A stretch of DNA of 64,000 nucleotides from an uncultured SAR86 cluster bacterium (GTDB taxonomy: Bacteria; Pseudomonadota; Gammaproteobacteria; Magnimaribacterales; D2472): NCBI GenBank assembly GCA_902593675.1, contig CACJJI010000001.1:256957-320956 (forward strand), written 5' to 3'. Positions 50,591 through 59,826 of this stretch are shown here, in pieces. Position 1 is the first letter of the stretch; each line of letters opens with the position of its first letter. The translations under genes and the position numbers were made by a program. The notes under the pieces are model-generated. The model saw only the letters and a program-made list of their open reading frames with translations. It was not told where the DNA came from and did not search any database.

Positions 50591-52348
50591 CTATGATAGC
50601 GGAAGAGTAAACCAGAACACAGATCCACCCTCTTTTCTTGTCTCAACACCAACTTCGCCCTGTAAATTATTTACAAGGTTTCGCACTATAGCTAATCCCA
50701 GGCCACTACCTTGCTTGGTATTAGCTCTTGCTTTTGCGGTTCGGTAGAATCTCTTGAAAACAAATTTTTGTTCTTCCTCTGGAACACCTTCACCAAAGTC
50801 TAGAACTGAGATGCGTAAAAAACCAGCCTGCTTTCTTGCTCTAATTTCAATAAGCGAGCTCTCAGGGCTATATTTAAAAGCATTATCTATTAAGTTATTT
50901 AAAACTCTTTCGATGGCTTTAGTGTCACTTTGAACCTCAATATCAGTTTGGCGATTAAAGACTAGGTCAATATTTTTTCTTTTTGCTTTGCTTTGGAATG
51001 ATGAAATAACTGTTTCAATTACTTCATTTATAATTATTGGCTCTATTACAAATTTTAAATCTCCATATTCAATTCGTGATAAATCTATTAGCGAGGTTAC
51101 CATCTCGCTTAGGCGGTCTGCATTATGCAAAATAGCTTTAGAAAATGTTTTAGCATCTTTCGAATTATCCAAGGCTCCATCTAATAATGTTTCTGAATTT
51201 GCCTTAATAACACTTACCGGGGTTCTAAGTTCATGTGATAAGTTGGAAACAAAATCCCTTCGCATTGAATCCATCTCCCTTAGTTGAGTTGTTTCATGCA
51301 CTACTAAGATTAATTCCTTTGTTGCCTTAGCTTTATTCATGTGCGCTAAGATCCATCTCGTATCATCACCATCTGTATCAAGCTCAAATTCACTATCATG
51401 TTGGCCTTTTTTTAAAGCCTTTTTATAAAGTTGTTTTAAGGGGGGTATATTCAAATCAAAAATTGATTTTTTTAAGATTTCATCTAAGCCAAGAATTTGC
51501 ATGATCTGATCGTTTCGAAAAGTAATAGTCCCATCTTCATCAAGAACCATAATCCCCTCCCCCAAACCATCTAGGACCAAGCCAAATTGGTCTCTTTGTT
51601 TCGCAATTAAGGAAATTTGCTCTTTTAAATTTAAAGATATAGTTGATATATTCCTAGCCATAGAACCAATTTCATCTGAGCGTTTGGTAGGCAAAGACTC
51701 TAAGTTTTTTTTCTTATAACTACCTGCAGAAATTTCAGCAGCAGCTTTTTCTAGCTCTACAAAACTAGCTCTAATATAATCTCCAGCAAGCACGCTTGCT
51801 AAAATTGCAACAATGAGACCAACAACTACTATAAGAGTGATCGAATTGCCCAAAGATGCTAAAACTTGATCTAAGCTCTCATAGGGAACTGATATTCTAA
51901 TTACCCTTTCTTGGTTATTAGTTTTATCTAAAAGTGCAAAATAAAACATTTCTTTCTTGACTGTTGAGCTAAATCTCTTGCTTGATCCATAGCCATTATT
52001 GAAGGCTGAAATGATTTCTGGTCTATCGCTGTGGTTATCAAGATCATTAATTCTGCTAGCTTCAATATCTGAGTCAACAATCACGTCACCATTTTTTAAG
52101 ATAATGGTTATCCTGGAATCAGAGGCAGAAGCATACTCATCGGCCTCAGATTTTAATGCAACCAAGTCACCAGAATCTATTAAGCCTGATATAGATTTTC
52201 TTAAAATTTTGGCTTGTCTTGAAAGCTCAGTTTCAATTTGGGCTTGAAGCTTAATAGATAAATCTCTTTCAGCAACAATAAAAGAAAGAGAAATGCCAAC
52301 AAATAGGCATGAGAGCGTAATAAAGAAAATTCGGGTTCGAATACCCAT
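50591..52348 (-). CDS. phoR: PhoR-like sensor histidine kinase with large periplasmic domain
   Basis: TM1 (residues about 7-27), a roughly 140-aa periplasmic segment, TM2, HAMP, PAS, HisKA (SNLSHELRTPV), and HATPase (N, G1 DFGEG, G2 GSGLGL boxes). It is paired with a PhoB-like regulator. Confidence 0.75.
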   Translation of the reverse strand: MGIRTRIFFITLSCLFVGISLSFIVAERDLSIKLQAQIETELSRQAKILRKSISGLIDSGDLVALKSEADEYASASDSRITIILKNGDVIVDSDIEASRINDLDNHSDRPEIISAFNNGYGSSKRFSSTVKKEMFYFALLDKTNNQERVIRISVPYESLDQVLASLGNSITLIVVVGLIVAILASVLAGDYIRASFVELEKAAAEISAGSYKKKNLESLPTKRSDEIGSMARNISTISLNLKEQISLIAKQRDQFGLVLDGLGEGIMVLDEDGTITFRNDQIMQILGLDEILKKSIFDLNIPPLKQLYKKALKKGQHDSEFELDTDGDDTRWILAHMNKAKATKELILVVHETTQLREMDSMRRDFVSNLSHELRTPVSVIKANSETLLDGALDNSKDAKTFSKAILHNADRLSEMVTSLIDLSRIEYGDLKFVIEPIIINEVIETVISSFQSKAKRKNIDLVFNRQTDIEVQSDTKAIERVLNNLIDNAFKYSPESSLIEIRARKQAGFLRISVLDFGEGVPEEEQKFVFKRFYRTAKARANTKQGSGLGLAIVRNLVNNLQGEVGVETRKEGGSVFWFTLPLS

Positions 52349-52353
52349 ACTAA

Positions 52354-53049
52354 TTAATCTGAGCTTCTAGAAAATCGATAACCTACACCGCGAATGGTTT
52401 GAATATGTTCGCCAACTAGACCAAGCTTCTCCCTTAAACGCTTGATGTGAGTATCAACGGTTCTTGTAGTAACATTGGAACTGTATCCCCAAACATCCTC
52501 CAGAAGTTGATCTCTTGTCTGAACTCTACCCTTTCTTTTGATTAAGTGTTTTAGCAATTTAAACTCTAGAGCGGTAAGAGAAATTCCTTCACCAGTTATA
52601 TAAGCTTGATGTTCTTCAAAATTGATTGTGAGTTCTCCAAATGAGTATTCAGCATCCTCAGTATTGTTTTCTGTTGAGGCGCCTCTTTTCAAAATAGCTT
52701 TAACTCTTAATATTAACTCTCTAACACTAAATGGCTTAGTAACGTAATCATCTGCACCTAATTCAAAACCAACAACACGATCAACCTCTTCGGTTTTTGC
52801 AGTTAAGATAATGACTGGGATATTTTTTGTTTTTGGTTCAGACTTGATATCTCTACAAAGAGTCAAACCAGAACCATCTGGCAACATGAGATCTAAAATT
52901 ATCACATCAATTTTATTTGAAGCTAAGGCTTTTTCACCCTCTTCTATTGACGCGGCTTGAATAACTTTAAAAGATTCTTTTGAAAGATTATAGTCAATCG
53001 TTTTGCGAATATCAGGCTCGTCTTCAATAACTAATACATTTGATGGCAT
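52354..53049 (-). CDS. phoB: PhoB-like OmpR-family response regulator
   Basis: Receiver domain (VIEDEP, DLMLPDGSG, LTAK..DRV.G.ELGADDYVTKPFS) closely collinear with E. coli PhoB. Winged helix TRTVDTHIKRLREKL..GVGYRF. Confidence 0.8.
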   Translation of the reverse strand: MPSNVLVIEDEPDIRKTIDYNLSKESFKVIQAASIEEGEKALASNKIDVIILDLMLPDGSGLTLCRDIKSEPKTKNIPVIILTAKTEEVDRVVGFELGADDYVTKPFSVRELILRVKAILKRGASTENNTEDAEYSFGELTINFEEHQAYITGEGISLTALEFKLLKHLIKRKGRVQTRDQLLEDVWGYSSNVTTRTVDTHIKRLREKLGLVGEHIQTIRGVGYRFSRSSD

Positions 53050-53113
53050 AAATATCTAAAAATTTTATATCCCTTTATACATTATATTGCTGTGAGATTT
53101 AATTCAATTAAGG

Positions 53114-54817
53114 TTAATTTTGCTCAATAGAAACAAAAATGTCGCGCAATTGTGTTTTAGAGAATTTACCTGAAGCAACTCTTGGTAGTTCTTCATGGCT
53201 TATTTGCATGAATGATGGAATTTTAAATGCAGCTAATTTATCTTGCAAAAAATCTCTTAAATCTTCTTCTGATAATTTCATTGAGGGTTTTAGGCATATT
53301 GCAACACACAAAGTTTCACCGAGGCGCTCTTCGGGGATACCGAACACAGCTGCTTCCTGAACTGATGGATGTGCATAGATTGCTGTCTCAACCTCAATGC
53401 AGGAAATATTTTCTCCACCTCTGATTACCATATCTTTTACCCTGTCTACGATATACACAAAGCCATCATCTATGTATCCCAGATCTCCAGATTTAAACCA
53501 GCCATCATCGTTAAAGACTTCATCGGTGGCCTCTTGATTCATCCAGTAACCCACCATGTTGGCTGGGCTTTTGATAACAATCTCTCCGACGGCTTTTGGC
53601 TCTTCAATAAAATTCCAATTCTCATCAATGATTGCTACATCGGTTACCGGAGGAATAGCTCTGCCGCAGCTGCCTGGATGCAACAAATAATCTTTGCCCA
53701 AGTTTAGAGTCCCTGCCGCATTAGTTTCGGTCAGTCCATATCCTATTGAAGGCTCTGCGTCATTAAACCCATCTTTTAATTTCTTTACATGCTCAGGTGG
53801 TCTTGGCGCACCGCCACCACTTAATTCTTTAAAACTGGAAAGGTCATACTTATCTCTATCAGGATGCGTTAAAAGATCCCAAGTTTGAGTTGGAACGCCT
53901 GTTATGGCTCCTATCTTTTCATCTTGAATTAACTGCAGTGCTGCACCTGGATCCCACTTAGACATCATAACCATTTTTCTTCCTGCAATGATGCTCATCA
54001 GAAAACCTGAATGGCTTCCTGTCACATGAAATAATGGCACACAATGCAAAATTGCTGCCTGTTGTTTAGGAGTCTCATCTACAGACTTGGATTCTGAATT
54101 ATTATCTGTATCTTCAACCTCTCTTTTTAGAGTTGTGACCAAAGCCCAACTAAACAATGTTGAAAGTATGTTTCTGTGAGTTGATAGCACTCCTTTAGGA
54201 AAGCCAGTTGAACCAGAGGTATAAAAGATGGTCGCATTGTCATGGGTATCTAAACTGGGCTCATTAAAGATTTCTGATTGACTGCCTATAAACTCATTAA
54301 AATCCTCATAGTCATTTGAGTCATTGAGTGGCCTGACAACAATCTTCCTGAGTTCTGTAAATTTTTCCAAACCCTTTAATCTTTTCTCATCACCAATTAA
54401 TACAGTGGCTCCAGAGTTTTCTAGCCCATAAGTAATCTCATCAGGAACCCACCATGAATTGAGCAAAACACAAACAGCACCCATCGAGGTCACCGCCATA
54501 AATGAAATAATGTACTCAGGATTATTAGCCATACAAATGGCCACTCTATCGCCCTTTTTAACGCCAGCATTTTTGAGCGCATTGGCTGTTTGAGCTGCCT
54601 TCTTATGTATATCTTGAAAGCTGTATCTTTCATCATTAAAAACAATAAACTCCCATTCAGGAAATAACAGCCCAAACTCAAAAAAACTTGCTAAAGTTTT
54701 AGGAGTGTTTGTAAATTCACGGTAAGTAATTCCTGAGGAATGAGTAACTTCTTTAAACGCATAAATTTGATCTTCTGCTGTTAGATTAGCTAAAACTTCG
54801 TTATATTTATCAGACAT
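53114..54817 (-). CDS. Acyl-CoA synthetase (AMP-forming, ANL superfamily)
   Basis: IFYTSGSTGFPKGV, YGLTET, SGDLGY, and a terminal PRVASGKF. Confidence 0.9.
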   Translation of the reverse strand: MSDKYNEVLANLTAEDQIYAFKEVTHSSGITYREFTNTPKTLASFFEFGLLFPEWEFIVFNDERYSFQDIHKKAAQTANALKNAGVKKGDRVAICMANNPEYIISFMAVTSMGAVCVLLNSWWVPDEITYGLENSGATVLIGDEKRLKGLEKFTELRKIVVRPLNDSNDYEDFNEFIGSQSEIFNEPSLDTHDNATIFYTSGSTGFPKGVLSTHRNILSTLFSWALVTTLKREVEDTDNNSESKSVDETPKQQAAILHCVPLFHVTGSHSGFLMSIIAGRKMVMMSKWDPGAALQLIQDEKIGAITGVPTQTWDLLTHPDRDKYDLSSFKELSGGGAPRPPEHVKKLKDGFNDAEPSIGYGLTETNAAGTLNLGKDYLLHPGSCGRAIPPVTDVAIIDENWNFIEEPKAVGEIVIKSPANMVGYWMNQEATDEVFNDDGWFKSGDLGYIDDGFVYIVDRVKDMVIRGGENISCIEVETAIYAHPSVQEAAVFGIPEERLGETLCVAICLKPSMKLSEEDLRDFLQDKLAAFKIPSFMQISHEELPRVASGKFSKTQLRDIFVSIEQN

Positions 54818-54856
54818 ATTTTTAATTTAATTACAGTCAAAGAATCCTAAACCATT

Positions 54857-57346
54857 ATGAAGCAAAACAGAACTCTAGCATTAGTTTTATTTACTCTCAT
54901 TTCTTGCGGCGGAGGTGGAGGTGGAGGCTCTAGTAGCCCTCCTGTAATCTCTCAAACTCCAACACCACCGACTCCACCTCCAAGCCTCTCATTTGATGAG
55001 CTGAAAGATCAATACGAGGGTTACTATGAGTACCAAAGCCAATGGGGCTTGAATATGATTAACGCATCCTCTGCATATGCTAGAGGAGCAACAGGTGCAG
55101 GTATAACGATTGGAATAACTGATTCTGGATTAGACAACACCCATGTTGAAATCAGTGCAACGAGGTTATCAAACGATAGTGCTCTAAATTACTCAAATTA
55201 CACACCAAATACTAGACAAAAAAGACATGGAACCATGGTTGCTTCAGTCGCAGCAGGAAAACAAGACAAAACAGATTTTACCCCTATGCATGGAGTAGCT
55301 TTTGAAGCAGATGTGTTATTTGTTGCTATTCAGCTCGCTGAACCAGACCCAGACTATGATCCAATTGATATTGGTGATGATGATGGATCGGGGAATGTAT
55401 CTGGAGCACCTGATTTCACTGGGATTGATAATTTTTTTAGTCAACTTTTTGAGGTTTATAATGACTATGATGTTGATATAGTTAATAACAGTTATGGATA
55501 TTCAGGGAACATCAATGATTATACTGAAGCTCAAGTTAGGTATGCTTTCCCAAAAACCATAGCTGAGATGTCACAAGCTGGAACTCCTGATTCAGAAAAA
55601 ACGATCTATGTTTGGGCTGCAGGTAATGCAGGAGGTTACGCTGATCAAGGGGTTGATTATTCTAGCCCTGAATTATTGCCAGGAATGGCTCATCACATTC
55701 CAGAAATTCAAGGTCATTCTATTGCAGTGGCATCCGTTGATGAGAATGGACAGATAAGCGACTTTTCCAGCAGATGCGGTGTTGCGCAAGATTACTGCAT
55801 ATCTGCACCTGGAGGCAGAATTACAGCTGCCTACCCTACCTCAACATCAGATACAGGGATATATGTCGGCAACACGAATGATGATAATTACAACAACTGT
55901 ATTACAGATAATTCTTGTTATGCAGTAACAAGCGGGACATCATTTGCTGCTCCATTTGTATCTGGGGGTCTTGCGGTAATAGCGGATCACTTTGAAGGGC
56001 AGCTTGGTAGTCAAGAGATTGTTTCAAGGCTTTTTAGCACAGCAAATAAAAAAGGAATATATGCTGATAAAGCTATTTATGGTCAAGGGCTTATGGATCT
56101 CAGTGCTGCTACAGAACCAGTTGGCCAAGTTAGTGCAATGATGTCGCTAAGTTTATCTGGTCCAATGACGCCAGCAATATTTTCGAACGTACAATTAACA
56201 AGCCCATCCTTTGGTGATGCTATTGCTAAAGGAATAGGAAGCCATTCAGTTATATTTTTTGATGAATTAAATGCACCTTTCAGAAGATCCCTTAGCAGTC
56301 TGGTGTCTGATTACAGAGATCAAATAATCAATATGGATGGATATGATAGTATGCAGACTCCAATTTCTCATACTTTATTTTCTCAAGATGCTGAATTTGA
56401 AATTGGTGGACTTAGCACTCAAGACCTCTCTCAAGAGTTGGTTACTCCTTATCATTTACTGAATGCAAGAGCTGATAAAAACCAATTTTTTTCCTATTAT
56501 AACTATTCTAGCAACTCATTTTTCAGCCATGGAATAAATGGAAGTTGGTCAATGGGAATTTTTCAAGATCCAGAATTAAGGGCCAAAAGGAACCTAAGGT
56601 CTCAATTTAGTAACCCATGGTTAAACTTCAGCGCCGCTGGAACTTCTTTTGGTTCAATCTTAAAAAGCAATGATAGATTTGATCTTGCTTTAGCGCTTTC
56701 ATCAGGTAGAAATAAATTTAACACAAATGAAATTTTTGGTGAAAGAAACGCAAGCACCACTGCTCTTTTAGAAATTCAACCAAAATTCTATATGCCTTCG
56801 GTGCAATTAGGCTTAATGAAAGAAAATGATTCTAGCTTAGGGTTAAGTGGGTCAGGAGCATTTAATGGAAGCAATAATCAAATGACTTCATTCATAGGTC
56901 TTTCCAATTCATTCAATACAATGGGTGGCAAGCTGTTTGGATCATTTTACTGGGGTCAATCTAGCAGTATTTCTAATGAACTCGGCATGATTAAATCTCT
57001 ATCAAGCCTTCACTCATCTGCTTTTGGAATTGGGTTCTTGAAATCATCTATTTTTAATAATAATGACTCCTTGATAATAACTATCGATCAACCTATACGA
57101 CTAGAATCTGGGAGACTTCAATTAAATGTTCCTACCTACAGGACCAAAGAAAAGAATGTTCTTTTTAATTCAATAAGTTTTAATCTTGATCCTAGTGGAA
57201 GAGAAATTCATTCAAAAGTAGACTATTTAACTGCATATAAAAATATTGGTTTTGATTTAACCTTAGGTTACAAATCAGACCCTTATCACATAAAATTTAT
57301 GGATGACTATTGGTATGCCTCATTAGGTTTTAATATAAAAATCTAA
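54857..57346 (+). CDS. Lipoprotein subtilisin-like (S8) serine protease with C-terminal beta-barrel (autotransporter-like) domain
   Basis: Lipobox LISC followed by Gly7 and a Pro-rich linker. S8 triad blocks are GITDSGLD (Asp), HGTMVASVAAG (His) and GTSFAAPFVSG (Ser). The last roughly 270 aa have an alternating beta-strand pattern like an autotransporter barrel, although the terminal residue is Ile, not Phe/Trp. Confidence 0.8.
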   Translation: MKQNRTLALVLFTLISCGGGGGGGSSSPPVISQTPTPPTPPPSLSFDELKDQYEGYYEYQSQWGLNMINASSAYARGATGAGITIGITDSGLDNTHVEISATRLSNDSALNYSNYTPNTRQKRHGTMVASVAAGKQDKTDFTPMHGVAFEADVLFVAIQLAEPDPDYDPIDIGDDDGSGNVSGAPDFTGIDNFFSQLFEVYNDYDVDIVNNSYGYSGNINDYTEAQVRYAFPKTIAEMSQAGTPDSEKTIYVWAAGNAGGYADQGVDYSSPELLPGMAHHIPEIQGHSIAVASVDENGQISDFSSRCGVAQDYCISAPGGRITAAYPTSTSDTGIYVGNTNDDNYNNCITDNSCYAVTSGTSFAAPFVSGGLAVIADHFEGQLGSQEIVSRLFSTANKKGIYADKAIYGQGLMDLSAATEPVGQVSAMMSLSLSGPMTPAIFSNVQLTSPSFGDAIAKGIGSHSVIFFDELNAPFRRSLSSLVSDYRDQIINMDGYDSMQTPISHTLFSQDAEFEIGGLSTQDLSQELVTPYHLLNARADKNQFFSYYNYSSNSFFSHGINGSWSMGIFQDPELRAKRNLRSQFSNPWLNFSAAGTSFGSILKSNDRFDLALALSSGRNKFNTNEIFGERNASTTALLEIQPKFYMPSVQLGLMKENDSSLGLSGSGAFNGSNNQMTSFIGLSNSFNTMGGKLFGSFYWGQSSSISNELGMIKSLSSLHSSAFGIGFLKSSIFNNNDSLIITIDQPIRLESGRLQLNVPTYRTKEKNVLFNSISFNLDPSGREIHSKVDYLTAYKNIGFDLTLGYKSDPYHIKFMDDYWYASLGFNIKI

Positions 57347-57365
57347 CTTTTTTCATAGGGGGGAT

Positions 57366-58133
57366 ATGGAAAAAACATTTGATAAAAAGATCATTTATAT
57401 TACGGGCGCAAGTGCGGGCATTGGGTATGCGACCGCTGAACTATGTTTAAGAAAAGGTGCAACAGTAATTATTACTGGTCGTGATAAGGAAAACCTAAAA
57501 AATGCTGAAAAACAGTTATTAAATATATCATCAAATGTTATTGCACATAACGTTGACGTAAGTAATGAGTCCCAAATCATAAACTCATTGGAAGATGTAT
57601 ATAAATCCTGTGGAACAATTGATGGATTGGTCAATAATGCCCCATCGATTCATACAGGAAAAATTATTGATCTAGATCTACCTGCTTGGAAAACGAACTT
57701 TAAAGCAAATCTTGATGCGGTGTTTTTAACAACAAAGACAGTCTTGCCATGGATGATTGAGGCAAAAAAAGGGGCGATTGTAAATGTAGCTTCTGTAGTT
57801 GGATTAAAAGGAGTTGCCTACATGTCAGCATATGGGGCAGCAAAGGCAGGATTAATTAATTTTTCTAGAGCTAGTGCTGTTGAAGCTGCGCCCCATGTCA
57901 GAGTAAATTGTGTTATCCCCGGAGCTGTCCTTACGCCTGCAACAGAAAGAGCAATACCAGCTAAAGAAATGATGGATCAAACAATCAAAACTATTCCTCT
58001 TAAAAGGATTGCTCAACCCATTGAGCTTGCTCATCCTATCGTCTTCTTACTTGGCTCTGAAGCTTCTTTCATTACAGGTGCTAGCTTGGTGGTTGATGGT
58101 GGAAAGACAGGAGATTTAAATGCTGGAAACTGA
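57366..58133 (+). CDS. Short-chain dehydrogenase/reductase
   Basis: TGASAGIG, NNAP, YGAAKAG, PGAVLTP. Confidence 0.9.
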   Translation: MEKTFDKKIIYITGASAGIGYATAELCLRKGATVIITGRDKENLKNAEKQLLNISSNVIAHNVDVSNESQIINSLEDVYKSCGTIDGLVNNAPSIHTGKIIDLDLPAWKTNFKANLDAVFLTTKTVLPWMIEAKKGAIVNVASVVGLKGVAYMSAYGAAKAGLINFSRASAVEAAPHVRVNCVIPGAVLTPATERAIPAKEMMDQTIKTIPLKRIAQPIELAHPIVFLLGSEASFITGASLVVDGGKTGDLNAGN

Positions 58134-59814
58134 AATAACCCCTAATGACTTAAAATGGCACTCAGAAATAGAAGCTGCTCAGATAGTTTCTAACCCTGAT
58201 GTTATAAATTGGAATGATGAAGCTGATTTGGTCATTGTTGGTCTTGGTGGCGCTGGTATTGCAGCGGCAAATGAGGCTTTGGATCAGGGACATTCAGTGA
58301 TTGGAATTGACAAAACTTCAGGAGGCGGTGCAACAGCTCGCAGCGGTGGGATTTTCTATGCAGGAGGAGGTACGCCTATTCAAAAAGAAGCTGGAGTAGA
58401 TGACACAGTAGAGAATATGTTCAATTATTTAATTCAAGAAACAGGAGATATAGTTAAGGAAAGTACCTTGAAAAAATTCTGTGAGACCTCTGCAGAAAAC
58501 ACGCAATGGCTAATGGATAATGGTGTTCAATTTAACTCTCAATATTATCAAACTAAAACCAGTTATCCAGGTGCAGGTTATTTTCTTTATCATTCTGACA
58601 ATTCCCTTGTACCAAGTTATATGGAAAAAGCCACTCCAGCTCCTAGGGGTCATAGAGGGTATGAGGAAGGTCCATTTAAACCAATAGGTGTAGGAGGTAC
58701 GATATTTTATCCCCTAAAGAAATCAGCAATTTCAAAAGGCTTGAAAATATTCCCTCAAACTGAAGCACGCTCATTAGTGATATCAACAGAAGGTAGAGTG
58801 CTTGGAATAAAAGCGTTAATGCTTCCTTCTGGAAAAATTGCAGAAAAACATAAAAAACTCATGTCTAAGGCTGAGACATTTCAAATGCTGATCCCGCAAA
58901 ATATGCCAGGAGCTTTTATTCCTCAATTTATCGGTAAAATTTATGTTAATCGTGCCCAAAAAATTGAAAGAAATTACCGAGAAGTTGTTCACATCAAAGC
59001 CAATAAAGGGGTGTGCCTATCTGCAGGTGGATTTATCTTTAATCGAGAGATGGTTGAAGATAATGCGCCTAAATATAAAGATGGAATGCCTTTAGGGACT
59101 TCTCATGATACTGGCTCTGGAATAAGACTTGGTCAAAGTGTGGGTGGAAAAACTGATCATATGAATAGAGTAACTGCATGGAGAATGATTAATCCTCCAA
59201 TGGCTTTTGCGCAAGGCCTGGTGGTAAACAAGCAGGGGGAAAGGTTTGGAAATGAAATGGTTTATGGAGCTACCCTTGGAGATGCCATGTGCGAGGATCA
59301 TGATGGCAAAGCTTATTTAATTTTAGATCAAGAGCTTTTTGCTCAAGCAAAGGAAGAAGCGGCTGCAGCTCTTCCATTTCAAAGGGATTCAGCAAGAGTA
59401 CTAATGTACTTCAATGCAAAAAAAAGAAAGACCCTTCAAGAATTATCTAAAATTTATAACATACCTGAAGAAAGCCTGGCTGATGCTGTAAAAAAATATA
59501 ATGCTGCAGCTAGAAATGAAACAAGCTGTGAATTTCAAAAAAACTCTAAAGATATGAAGGAGCTTAAAGCCCCCTTCTATATCATGGATATTTCAATAGA
59601 TTCAGCTATGGCACCATTACCATGTTTAACCTTAGGGGGTTTGAGAGTTAATGAGGAAACAGGTGAGGTATTAAATCAGTCAAATGTTGAGATCCCAGGT
59701 TTGTATGCTGCAGGAAGAACTGCTGTAGGTATCTGCTCAAATATTTATGTTTCGGGTTTATCGGTTGCCGATTGTATCTTTTCAGGAAGAAGAATAGGTC
59801 AAAACCTTAATTAA
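58120..59814 (+). CDS. FAD-dependent oxidoreductase, FAD_binding_2 family (3-ketosteroid dehydrogenase / fumarate-reductase flavoprotein-like)
   Basis: N-terminal dinucleotide fold DLVIVGLGGAGIAAA, GGGATARSGG, and the C-terminal FAD motif GLYAAGR. 564 aa. Confidence 0.75.
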   Translation: MLETEITPNDLKWHSEIEAAQIVSNPDVINWNDEADLVIVGLGGAGIAAANEALDQGHSVIGIDKTSGGGATARSGGIFYAGGGTPIQKEAGVDDTVENMFNYLIQETGDIVKESTLKKFCETSAENTQWLMDNGVQFNSQYYQTKTSYPGAGYFLYHSDNSLVPSYMEKATPAPRGHRGYEEGPFKPIGVGGTIFYPLKKSAISKGLKIFPQTEARSLVISTEGRVLGIKALMLPSGKIAEKHKKLMSKAETFQMLIPQNMPGAFIPQFIGKIYVNRAQKIERNYREVVHIKANKGVCLSAGGFIFNREMVEDNAPKYKDGMPLGTSHDTGSGIRLGQSVGGKTDHMNRVTAWRMINPPMAFAQGLVVNKQGERFGNEMVYGATLGDAMCEDHDGKAYLILDQELFAQAKEEAAAALPFQRDSARVLMYFNAKKRKTLQELSKIYNIPEESLADAVKKYNAAARNETSCEFQKNSKDMKELKAPFYIMDISIDSAMAPLPCLTLGGLRVNEETGEVLNQSNVEIPGLYAAGRTAVGICSNIYVSGLSVADCIFSGRRIGQNLN

Positions 59815-59826
59815 AGGAGAAAAAAA

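Noticed and set aside
53050-53113. A possible Pho box for phoB autoregulation upstream of phoB (minus-strand TTGAATTAAATCTCACAG, followed by TATAAT).
   Set aside because: It matches the 18-bp consensus at only about 11 of 18 positions, and both half-sites are poor. That is indistinguishable from random AT-rich sequence by eye. The TATAAT hexamer itself is plausible as a -10.
54908-54930. The GGCGGAGGTGGAGGTGGAGGC tract encoding Gly7 in the subtilase, considered as a slipped-strand phase-variation repeat.
   Set aside because: It contains only about two imperfect hexamer units in frame. That is too short and too heterogeneous for efficient slippage, and a flexible linker after the lipidated Cys is the simpler reading.
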